NCBI GenBank assembly: GCA_023473585.1
Contig: JAMCYU010000001.1
Location: 2,507-66,506, forward strand
Source: Patescibacteria group bacterium
Lineage (GTDB): Bacteria > Patescibacteriota > Microgenomatia > JAMCYU01
Reading direction: 5' to 3'
DNA length: 64,000 nucleotides
Shown: one piece after another, positions 9,531 to 17,643 of the stretch
Numbering within the stretch: position 1 is the stretch's first letter
Layout: every line of letters starts with the position of its first letter
Translations under genes and position numbers: made by a program
Notes under the pieces: generated by a model
Seen by the model: only the letters and a program-made list of their open reading frames with translations
Databases searched by the model: none
What the model was told of the DNA's origin: nothing

Positions 9531-10448
9531 TTAAAATTCCCCTATTTTGACAATTTCTTCTTCTAATTCCAAGTTAAATTTCTCTTTGACTTTTTCCTTA
9601 ACTTCTTTTATTAAGTTTAACACATCTTTGGCTTTGGCACCACCTAAATTAATCATAAAATTAGCGTGCTGGGGTGAGATCTGCAAGTTTCCAAATTTTT
9701 CTCCCTTAAGGCCCGAAGCTTCAATCACAAATCCGGCCGAAGTCGTTAGGTCTGCCGTCCCGATTCTTAAGGCCTGACTTTTTTTAATATTTTTGAAGAT
9801 ACAACCGGCCGAGGCTCCTGTCGGTTGAGTTTTTTGCCGGTGCTCTATGGCCCAACGGGCTTTTTGCCAAAGAAAATCTGTATCTTCTTTTTGAAGTTGA
9901 AAAATAACCGAGAGAAGAATTTTTAGGTCGTGGGTTTTTTGGGAAAAGATAAATTGGCTAACGGTTTTATCCTGCCAATGGGCATTGCCGATGACCGCTC
10001 CGCCGACCGTCCCCGGCAACCCTAGAAATTCCTCCAAACCCCCAAGACCCTCGTCAATGGCAAAACGGACAAACTGATTAAAAGGCACGCCTGCCTCCAC
10101 TTCGACCAGAACATCTTTAACGTTAAGTTTTACCCCATTTAAAGACGGGCCGATTTTCCCTCTGACCTTAACAATTTTAATGCCTTTGGTTTTATTTTTG
10201 ACGACTAAGCCGCGGAAACCCTTATCGCCGATCAGCACATTTGACCCGCCGCCCAAAATCAGAAAAGGCAAACGCAAGTCTTTGGCCGCCTGATAAGCTT
10301 TAATTAATTCCTCATTCGTCTTGGCCTCAAAATAATAATCGGCCGGCCCGCCGATTTGGAAGGTGGTGTGCAAGACCAGGCTTTCCTTGACCTTTACTTT
10401 ACCTAAGCCCAATTTGTCTTCTAATTTTTGCCAAAGATTGTCTGTCAT
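9531..10448 (-). CDS. murB: UDP-N-acetylenolpyruvoylglucosamine reductase
   Basis: HTTFQIGGPA, LGGGSNVL, GLPGTVGGAVIGNA, SAGCIFKN, HANFMIN, LEEEI. Confidence 0.92.
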   Translation of the reverse strand: MTDNLWQKLEDKLGLGKVKVKESLVLHTTFQIGGPADYYFEAKTNEELIKAYQAAKDLRLPFLILGGGSNVLIGDKGFRGLVVKNKTKGIKIVKVRGKIGPSLNGVKLNVKDVLVEVEAGVPFNQFVRFAIDEGLGGLEEFLGLPGTVGGAVIGNAHWQDKTVSQFIFSQKTHDLKILLSVIFQLQKEDTDFLWQKARWAIEHRQKTQPTGASAGCIFKNIKKSQALRIGTADLTTSAGFVIEASGLKGEKFGNLQISPQHANFMINLGGAKAKDVLNLIKEVKEKVKEKFNLELEEEIVKIGEF

Positions 10449-11842
10449 ATTTTAGAAATTAAATCATCATAAATTTTATAAACATCTCCCGCTCCCATCG
10501 TCAACATGATGTCGCCGGGAAGAAGAATTTTCGCTAAAAAATCACCGGCTTCGTTTAATTTGGCAAAATAATGAACATTTTTTTGGTTTTTTTTAATTTC
10601 TAACGCTAAAATTTTACTGCTAATTGTTTTATCAACTTTTTCTCGAGCCGAAGGAAAAATATCCACAATGACAACCTCATCGGCACCGCTAAAAGCCCGG
10701 CCAAAAGCCGAAAGAAGAGCTTTGGTTCGTGAGAAAGTGTGCGGCTGAAAAAGACAGATAATTCTTTTACCGGGGAACCAGGCTTTGGCTGCCGCCAGGG
10801 TACTTTTAATTTGGGCGGGATGATGAGCGTAATCGTCAAAAAACTTGATCTTCTTTTTTTCAGAGATTAACTCGAATCGTCTTTTGGTGCCGGAAAATCC
10901 GGGCAGAATTTCTTTAATTTTTTCCCAGGAAATACCTAAAAAATTGGCGACAATACAGGCCGCAACCGCATTCAAAACATTAAACTGACCGGGAATCTTT
11001 AACGTAAATTTACCCAAATCCGTATTTTTATATTTCAAGTTGAAGAAGGTTAGCGACGGACCAAAAGAAAGACGACTGATTTGGTAATCAGCCAAGGTAG
11101 AGAATCCGTAGGTTAAAACAGGCTTATGGAAAAAAGGTAAGATTTTTCTAACGTTTTCATCGTCAATGCCGGCCACAAGCAAACCGTCCGGGGGAATTTT
11201 TTGGGCAAAAGTCAGAAAGGCTTCCTTAATTTCCGCAAGGTTATCGTAAACATCAGGATGATCAAAATCAATATTGGTCAAAACGGCAATATCCGGCTTG
11301 AGCCAAAAAAACCTCGGCGTGGGATCCAAACCCGGGTCGGTCACGTACTCATCAGCCTCAACCACAAAATAGTCTCCCAAACCGGCGTGACCGGGTGTCC
11401 CTAAAGAAAAGATATCGCCGCAACCCACGGCAAAGGACGGATCAAGTCCGGCGTAAGTCAAAAGATGGGCAATTATAGCCGCGGTGGTGGTTTTCCCATG
11501 ATTGCCGGAAACGGCAATGACTTTTTTTTCGGCCGAGATTTCCCCTAAAGCCTGGGCGTGCATCAAAACTTTTAAACCCCGTTTTTTCGCTTCTTGGGCC
11601 TCCGGATTAGAACTGCCGCCATGGGCTCCGGTCACGACGACCAAATCAGGCTTCCCCTTCAGGTTTTCTTTGGTAAAACCAACTCGAGGAGTAAGATGAT
11701 ATTTTGCCAAAACTTTATCGGTCGGAAACACCTCATCCACATCCGAGCCGGTGACTTTAGCTCCCATTTCAGAAACAAGAATCGCTAGGGGAGTCATGGC
11801 GGCTCCTTTAAGACCGATAAAATGAACGTGTTTAAATTTCAT
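10445..11842 (-). CDS. murC: UDP-MurNAc:L-Ala ligase
   Basis: HFIGLKGAAM, SGNHGKTTT, VEADEY, DFDHPD, DDYAHHP, FQPHTFSRT, MGAGD. Confidence 0.95.
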   Translation of the reverse strand: MKFKHVHFIGLKGAAMTPLAILVSEMGAKVTGSDVDEVFPTDKVLAKYHLTPRVGFTKENLKGKPDLVVVTGAHGGSSNPEAQEAKKRGLKVLMHAQALGEISAEKKVIAVSGNHGKTTTAAIIAHLLTYAGLDPSFAVGCGDIFSLGTPGHAGLGDYFVVEADEYVTDPGLDPTPRFFWLKPDIAVLTNIDFDHPDVYDNLAEIKEAFLTFAQKIPPDGLLVAGIDDENVRKILPFFHKPVLTYGFSTLADYQISRLSFGPSLTFFNLKYKNTDLGKFTLKIPGQFNVLNAVAACIVANFLGISWEKIKEILPGFSGTKRRFELISEKKKIKFFDDYAHHPAQIKSTLAAAKAWFPGKRIICLFQPHTFSRTKALLSAFGRAFSGADEVVIVDIFPSAREKVDKTISSKILALEIKKNQKNVHYFAKLNEAGDFLAKILLPGDIMLTMGAGDVYKIYDDLISKI

Positions 11843-12468
11843 CTTAGGCCAATTACGGCAAAGATCATTTGGTCACGATCTTTCTTTCGGAATGAATAAA
11901 AAAGTTTATTTTGACAGGCCGTACAATAGGGCAAGATCTCGATATTTTTCTTCTGAAGACCTGCCGCCGTTAATTGTTGAAGATTAAGCTCTTTTAAGTC
12001 TAAATGAAATTGACCGTTAATTTTTTTGACTCCCCTTTTAAATAATTTGGCTCTTTCCGGAGAAATATCATAACAGGAGGCACAAATATGAGGACCGAAA
12101 ACGGCCAGCGTCTGTTTTGGACGGCCTTTTAATTTTTCTATTTGCCTCACCATTTTTTTACTTATTTCTTTTAAGGTCCCTTGCCAGCCGGCATGAACGG
12201 CCGCGATAATTTTTCTTTTCGGTTCGTAAAAAAGAATCGGCAAACAATCGGCGGTCCTAACCGCAATCTTAACTTTTTCTGTCTTGCTTATCAAACCGTC
12301 AGCTCCGTTTTTTTTCTGACCCAGATCGCTTTTTTTAACCTGACTGATTTTATTACCGTGAACCTGTTGGGCCAAAACAAGATTTGCAACTTTTGGGTTG
12401 TCTTCACTTCGCGTCGTAAAACCATGAAAAAGATCGGTATATTTTGAAAACAATTTCGCGTAAATCAT
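11839..12468 (-). CDS. pgeF: PgeF/YfiH family peptidoglycan editing factor (purine nucleoside phosphorylase-like)
   Basis: HGFTTR, QVHG, ADG, TADCLP, HAGWQG, CTAC, FYSFR; dcw context. Confidence 0.9.
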   Translation of the reverse strand: MIYAKLFSKYTDLFHGFTTRSEDNPKVANLVLAQQVHGNKISQVKKSDLGQKKNGADGLISKTEKVKIAVRTADCLPILFYEPKRKIIAAVHAGWQGTLKEISKKMVRQIEKLKGRPKQTLAVFGPHICASCYDISPERAKLFKRGVKKINGQFHLDLKELNLQQLTAAGLQKKNIEILPYCTACQNKLFYSFRKKDRDQMIFAVIGLR

Positions 12469-13661
12469 AAGGTTAAAAGCGCCTTCGCCACCGCCTCGTG
12501 TTCACTCCACGGATCTTCGGTTTGCCCCCGACATAAACTTTTTTCGTGTCCTTTACCGGTTAAAATAACCAAATCCTCAGGTTTGGCCATCTTGATAGCC
12601 TCTCTGATTGCTTCTTGCCGGTTGACGATTTTTCTGATTACCAAAGCTTGTTTTTCGGACCCCAAAACTTTCTTTGCCCCAAATTCTATGTCCGTCATTA
12701 TCTTCTTGGGGTCTTCGGTCCGATAATCCTCCTCGGTCAGGATCATCACGTCGTCATACCTTGCCGCCGCCTCGCCCATCATTGGTCGCTTACTGGCATC
12801 TCTTAGTCCGGCCGAACCAAAAACATGAATCAATCTCCCCTTAACAAGAGGCTTAGTCGTTGCTAAAAGATTCTCCAAAGCGTTGGGTGTGTGGGCAAAA
12901 TCCACCACCACTCTGAAATCCCGGTTGGTTTCGATAAATTCGAATCTGCCAAAAACACCTTTAAAATCAGCTAGCGTCTGGCGGATTTTTTCATCACTAA
13001 TGCCTAAAACTTGAGCCGCCGCCATCGCGGCCAGGCAATTTTTTTGATTGTATTCCCCCGGCAGGGGAGTGGTAAATAAAAATTTGGCCGGCGTTATGTC
13101 CCCGTTATTAATTCCGTAACTGACAATCTTCGTTGCTTGATACTTGATACCTGATACTAAATACTCGTATGATCCGTCTTCCCGATTGAGAATCGCCCAT
13201 TTAACGCCCCTAAACAATCTTGCTTTGGCCTTTAAATAGTTCTCATGAGTCTTATGGTAATCCAAGTGTTCATGGGTGACATTGGTCAAGACCCCGATTT
13301 GGAAATTGCAGCCGAAAACCCTGTTCTGATTAAGTCCGTGAGACGTCACCTCTAAAACCATATATTTCTCTCCCCTGTCAACGGCCAATCTTAAAAATCT
13401 CTGAAGTTTAAAAGAGGAAGGCGTGGTCACATGAAACGGCAGATCATAATCATGTCCGCCGATTTTGGCTCCCACCGAAGAAATCATGGTCACTTGTTTA
13501 CCTGCCTTCTTAAGAATTTCGTAGATTAGATTGACTGTTGTTGTCTTGCCGTCGGTCCCCGTCACGCCGATAACGATCAAATTTTTGGCCGGATAGCGGA
13601 AAAAAATTGTGGCGAGGAGAGCCACAAAAAGGTGGTAGATATTCTTCAGTCCCTGAGGCAT
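12465..13661 (-). CDS. murE: UDP-MurNAc-dipeptide:diamino acid ligase MurE (N-terminal domain absent)
   Basis: GVTGTDGKTTT, HVTTP, LEVTSHG, TNVTHEHLDYH, DFAHTPN, RDASKRPMMG, GKGHE. Confidence 0.93.
   Translation of the reverse strand: MPQGLKNIYHLFVALLATIFFRYPAKNLIVIGVTGTDGKTTTVNLIYEILKKAGKQVTMISSVGAKIGGHDYDLPFHVTTPSSFKLQRFLRLAVDRGEKYMVLEVTSHGLNQNRVFGCNFQIGVLTNVTHEHLDYHKTHENYLKAKARLFRGVKWAILNREDGSYEYLVSGIKYQATKIVSYGINNGDITPAKFLFTTPLPGEYNQKNCLAAMAAAQVLGISDEKIRQTLADFKGVFGRFEFIETNRDFRVVVDFAHTPNALENLLATTKPLVKGRLIHVFGSAGLRDASKRPMMGEAAARYDDVMILTEEDYRTEDPKKIMTDIEFGAKKVLGSEKQALVIRKIVNRQEAIREAIKMAKPEDLVILTGKGHEKSLCRGQTEDPWSEHEAVAKALLTL
13136..13165. repeat. In-frame heptamer quasi-tandem repeat in murE
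   Basis: + strand CTTGATA CTTGATA CCTGATA CTAAATA; encodes YLVSGIKYQ. Confidence 0.75.
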
Positions 13662-13677
13662 GAAGCTAATTATAGCA
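13662..13677 (-). promoter_or_regulatory. Extended -10 promoter for murE, probably leaderless
   Basis: Minus strand TGcTATAAT, 7 nt, then ATG; no Shine-Dalgarno. Confidence 0.6.
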
Positions 13678-13719
13678 TATTAAAGGTTATGGAAAAAACT
13701 TAAGATTTATCCTTCCTCA

Positions 13720-15393
13720 TTATTCCGTAGGTGAAATACCGTAATAGGTAAAAAGCTCTTTTGAGATGTCAAAAAATAAAGGCGCCGCGGTTTCTGAACC
13801 CCACGGAGAACTTGTCGGCTCGGTTAAACGAACCAACATCACAAATTTAGGTTTGTCAGCCGGCGCAAAACCGACAAAAGAAGCAATGGTTCTTTTGTCA
13901 TCGTAATGGCCGGCCACGGGAATTTGCGCGGTTCCGGTTTTGCCGGCGATACGAAAACCTTTAGGCTTAGCCCACTTCGCTTCGCCGTTATCCACAGCCG
14001 CCACCATCATTTCCCGTAAAGCTACGGTCGTTTCTTTTTTCAAAACTTGATCTAAAACTTTAGTTTTTATTTCGATCTTTCTGCCTTCTTTATCTTTGAT
14101 TGAGGCCATAACATGAGGCTCTAAGAGTTTACCGCCATTGGCCAAAGAAGCGACGGCTTGAAGCATTTTAATGGGTGTTAGGGCAATCCCTTGTCCAAAA
14201 GAAGCCGTGGCCAAGTCGATTTCTTTCCATTCGCTTTTTGGCCTTAACGGCGATTCTTCCTCTTCTTCAAGATCAATGCCGGTCTTTTCTCCCAATCCAA
14301 ACTTTTTGAAATAATCAACCATCTTGTCACGGCCAATTTTTCTTCCTAAAAAAACCATACCGGTATTACAGGAGCGTTCGAGAATTTGCGTCACGGTTTC
14401 GGCCCCGTGATATTTTTCATTCCAGGTCTTAATCGTGTAATCGCCGACAACCAACGGACCATTATCCTGAAAAATATCGGAAGGCCTAATCAGACCTTCA
14501 TTAAGGGCTATCGCCATGGTGATCACCTTAAAAGTTGAACCCGGCTCATAAAGATCGGCGACAACCGGATTTTTAAAAAGCTCCGAAGAGAATAAATTAT
14601 ATTTAAAAGGATCATAAGCCGGAAAAGACGCCATCGCCAAAATTCCCCCCGTTTCCGGATCCATGATAACCACACTGCCCTGTTTCGCTCCGTATCTTTT
14701 GATGGCTTCATTAAGTTTTTTTTCCGCCACAAATTGGACTGTCCGATCAAGATGCAAGATTAAATCCCGACCGTCTTTAGCTTTTTCCTCACTGACCTCA
14801 CCCAATAAAATCGGCGCTCCCCTGACGTCTTTTTCCTGACGTAAATTGCCTTCTTTACCACGAAGCTCACGATCATAAAAACCTTCTAAACCAAAATAAC
14901 CCTTGTCCTTGCCATCGGTGTCACTGCCGACAAAACCCAAAAGATGAGCCGCCATTGAGGCCTCCGAATAAAAACGTCTCGGCTCAAAACTTAGGCCCAG
15001 ACCGGCAAGTTTAAGATTTTTAATCTCCTCGGCTTTCTCCTGGGAAATTTTATGCCCCAAGGCAACCCAATAAAGATCGGGATTAAGCTTGGCGGAGAGA
15101 GAAGCGACCGGAACTTCTAAAACGTCCGCAATTTTTGAGGCAAAGTTGGAATCTTTAATTTTTTTAACTTCGGCAAAAAGGAGATAGGCTTTTTCGTTCG
15201 CAACCAACGGAAAACCTTCACCGGTTAGAATTTCCCCACGACTCGCAGGCAATTGTAAAACTTCGTAATATTGTTTTTCTGCCTGGATTTTTAAAGTTTC
15301 ACCCGAAACAATTTGCCACCAAAACAAACGGCAGACAATTAGAAAAAAGGTTACCAAAAAAAAGAAAAAAAGCAGTTTACTTCGCCGCGACAT
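13720..15393 (-). CDS. ftsI: Class B penicillin-binding protein (FtsI/PBP2 family)
   Basis: N-terminal TM, RGEI, YEPGSTFK (SxxK), SCN (SxN), GKTGTAQ (KTG); follows mraZ-rsmH-ftsL. Confidence 0.9.
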   Translation of the reverse strand: MSRRSKLLFFFFLVTFFLIVCRLFWWQIVSGETLKIQAEKQYYEVLQLPASRGEILTGEGFPLVANEKAYLLFAEVKKIKDSNFASKIADVLEVPVASLSAKLNPDLYWVALGHKISQEKAEEIKNLKLAGLGLSFEPRRFYSEASMAAHLLGFVGSDTDGKDKGYFGLEGFYDRELRGKEGNLRQEKDVRGAPILLGEVSEEKAKDGRDLILHLDRTVQFVAEKKLNEAIKRYGAKQGSVVIMDPETGGILAMASFPAYDPFKYNLFSSELFKNPVVADLYEPGSTFKVITMAIALNEGLIRPSDIFQDNGPLVVGDYTIKTWNEKYHGAETVTQILERSCNTGMVFLGRKIGRDKMVDYFKKFGLGEKTGIDLEEEEESPLRPKSEWKEIDLATASFGQGIALTPIKMLQAVASLANGGKLLEPHVMASIKDKEGRKIEIKTKVLDQVLKKETTVALREMMVAAVDNGEAKWAKPKGFRIAGKTGTAQIPVAGHYDDKRTIASFVGFAPADKPKFVMLVRLTEPTSSPWGSETAAPLFFDISKELFTYYGISPTE

Positions 15394-15676
15394 TTAAATT
15401 CTCTAAGGCTACCGGGACTTCGGAAACAAGATAGTAAAGTTTTGGTTTAGTGTATCCCGCTTCAGCCGCTTTTTGCGAAACCGAAACTAAAGAAGAAAAA
15501 GAGGCAATTTTTCTCTCAAGAAACTCGTTTTCGTCTCTTAAAATCATAGTCTCATTCTCTGTTTGGCTCAAGGTTAATCCGGCCGTGGTTAAACGATTAG
15601 CCACGAAAACTTGTAAAAGCAGTAAAATGACATTTAAGACAAGAATTGTTTTTGTTAGTTTGGCTAGTTTATTCAT
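15377..15676 (-). CDS. FtsL-like small membrane/coiled-coil protein
   Basis: 99 aa with one N-terminal TM and a heptad region, in the canonical position between rsmH and ftsI. Confidence 0.6.
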   Translation of the reverse strand: MNKLAKLTKTILVLNVILLLLQVFVANRLTTAGLTLSQTENETMILRDENEFLERKIASFSSLVSVSQKAAEAGYTKPKLYYLVSEVPVALENLNVAAK

Positions 15677-16568
15677 ATTTTTCGGCGATTCTTAATTTGG
15701 CACTCCGTGATCTGTGATTTCTTTTTCTTTCCGCATCGGTTGGCTCAATCGGTTTTTTGGTTAAAATTTTTAAAACACCCTGTTCTTCCTCTTCTTTGAA
15801 AAAATTTTTGACAATTCTATCTTCCAGAGAGTGAAAAGATAAAACGACTAATCTGCCTCCATTTTCTAAAAGATCTACGGCCTGCGGTAAGGCTCCTTTC
15901 AAATTATTAAGCTCGTCATTAACGACCATTCTCAAAGCCTGAAAAACCTTGGTGGCCGGATGAATTCGTTCGAATTTGTCTCTTCCTTTTGCTTTGACAA
16001 GAATATCGGCTAATTCATCACAAGTTGTAATCGGTTTTAAGGTACGGGCGCGAGAAACAGCGCGAGCAATTCTCCAAGAATCGTCTTCCTCAGCATATTT
16101 TTTAAAAAGTTCATAAAGTTCTCCTTCGGTTAAACCGTTAATTAAATCTTTTGCCGTAACCGAAAGTTGCGGATCCATACGCATGTCTAAAGTCGCCTCA
16201 GAATTAAACGAAAAACCGCGTCCTGGGGTTTCCAGTTGATGACTGGAAAGACCTAGGTCAAATAAAATACCGGCGACTTTATTAAAGTGATGTCTTTCAG
16301 CGATCTTTTTTAAATGTGCAAAGTTTTCTTTAACAAGGATTAAATTATTGAGACTTTCCCTGTCTAAACTTTTAACTTTTTCCCTAACTTCTTCCAGCGC
16401 CTCGGGATCACAATCTATGCCTAAAACAAGACCCTTGTTTCTAAGAATCTCTAGAGCGTGTCCTCCTCCTCCCAGTGTGGCATCGATATATTTCTTGCCT
16501 TTTCTTATGTTTAAACCCTTAGTGACTTCAGACAAAAGTACCGGTGTATGATAATTATTCGTTGCCAT
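15669..16568 (-). CDS. rsmH: 16S rRNA m4C1402 methyltransferase
   Basis: HTPVL, DATLGGGGH, DLGLSSHQL, RGFSF, LDMRMD, SFHSLEDRIVK, SRSAKLR. Confidence 0.97.
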   Translation of the reverse strand: MATNNYHTPVLLSEVTKGLNIRKGKKYIDATLGGGGHALEILRNKGLVLGIDCDPEALEEVREKVKSLDRESLNNLILVKENFAHLKKIAERHHFNKVAGILFDLGLSSHQLETPGRGFSFNSEATLDMRMDPQLSVTAKDLINGLTEGELYELFKKYAEEDDSWRIARAVSRARTLKPITTCDELADILVKAKGRDKFERIHPATKVFQALRMVVNDELNNLKGALPQAVDLLENGGRLVVLSFHSLEDRIVKNFFKEEEEQGVLKILTKKPIEPTDAERKRNHRSRSAKLRIAEKYE

Positions 16569-16611
16569 TTTTTGACTTATCCACGCTCTCGTCTTTTTCT
16601 CTTATCTCTTT

Positions 16612-17007
16612 TTATTTTAAATTCTTAGCGTATTCTTGCCACTTTTGACTATCCCAGATTTCAAAGTGATCGGCCGCGCCGATGATCGTTACTTTTTCTT
16701 TATTGACCCCGGCATATTTAGCCATCGTTTCCGGCATCACGAATCTTCCTAAAGTTGTTAAATCAATGATCTGGGCATTGTAGGACATTTTTCTTCTTAA
16801 GTTTCGGCTTTCCGGGTCGGAAAAAAAAGGACGCGTCAGCTCCGGCCTAACGACTTCTTCCCAATCTTTTTCCCTAAAACCAAAAATACATTCTTCAAAG
16901 CCGATCGTTAAAACAATTCGCTCACCTCTTATTTCATCACGAATTTTTGAAGGCATCGCCAAGCGGTTTTTCCCAATTAATTTTGCCTCGTAAGTTCCTA
17001 AAAACAT
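16612..17007 (-). CDS. mraZ: Division/cell-wall cluster transcriptional regulator MraZ
   Basis: MFLGTY...NRLAMP...GRFVMP...IIGAADHFEIWD; first gene of the dcw cluster. Confidence 0.9.
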   Translation of the reverse strand: MFLGTYEAKLIGKNRLAMPSKIRDEIRGERIVLTIGFEECIFGFREKDWEEVVRPELTRPFFSDPESRNLRRKMSYNAQIIDLTTLGRFVMPETMAKYAGVNKEKVTIIGAADHFEIWDSQKWQEYAKNLK

Positions 17008-17013
17008 CCTTCT

Positions 17014-17079
17014 TACTCCCTTTGTGCTACGTTTTATTCCTATTTATTCCATTTTGATACCTTTTTCACGGCTTGTCAA
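17014..17079 (-). promoter_or_regulatory. Sigma70 promoter of the dcw operon followed by 10-bp-periodic putative MraZ boxes
   Basis: Minus strand TTGACA (17079-17074), N17, CAAAAT (17056-17051), then TGGAA-N5-AGGAA-N5-CGTAG-N5-AGGGA. Confidence 0.6.
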
Positions 17080-17171
17080 GAGGTAAAAAGAGGAAAAAGG
17101 TTATCGAGAAGACCACACTACGAATGGGGTTTTCCGAAGCATTAGCCCACTAACGGGAAATCCTTAAGTTT

Positions 17172-17639
17172 TCACAGTTGATATTCCTGGGTAAAACCCG
17201 TACTCTGACCGGCAATCCTCGTAAACTTTAAGGTTAAGGAAACCTTAGTCACGCCTTCATCATAGACGCAAACATTCTTCGAGCAGGTTCCCAACAAGAT
17301 CTCTCTTAAGATCGTCGTCTGACCGCTCTTAACCTCAATTTTGCCCAAAACACCTCTGGGTAAGCCTCCTTTGGCCTCATAAGCCAGTTCGTACTCAATG
17401 ACTGAAACCCCTTCGGGAATTTTGCTGATTTTTAAATTAACGGCTTTTTTATCAAAACGCGGGGCAAGGTCAATTTCCGCTTCTTTTTCCAAATTCTCCG
17501 GTAAGGTAAAGCTTTTTTTGGGAGCCGATTGGGGATTAGTTTGAGTAGTCGTAAGGGTCGACCGGACACGTAAAAAAACGAACAAACCGATAAGGATAAC
17601 AACGATAGGAATAAAAACCAGGACAGCTTTTTTCGTCAT
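17172..17639 (-). CDS. Hypothetical membrane-anchored protein
   Basis: 155-aa ORF with one N-terminal TM, a T/Q-rich linker and a beta-rich domain containing LGTCSKNVC. Confidence 0.75.
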   Translation of the reverse strand: MTKKAVLVFIPIVVILIGLFVFLRVRSTLTTTQTNPQSAPKKSFTLPENLEKEAEIDLAPRFDKKAVNLKISKIPEGVSVIEYELAYEAKGGLPRGVLGKIEVKSGQTTILREILLGTCSKNVCVYDEGVTKVSLTLKFTRIAGQSTGFTQEYQL

Positions 17640-17643
17640 TTTT

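Noticed and set aside
16577-16585. DnaA-box-like TTATCCACG between mraZ and rsmH
   Set aside because: A single 8/9 match with no cluster or unwinding element; can occur by chance.
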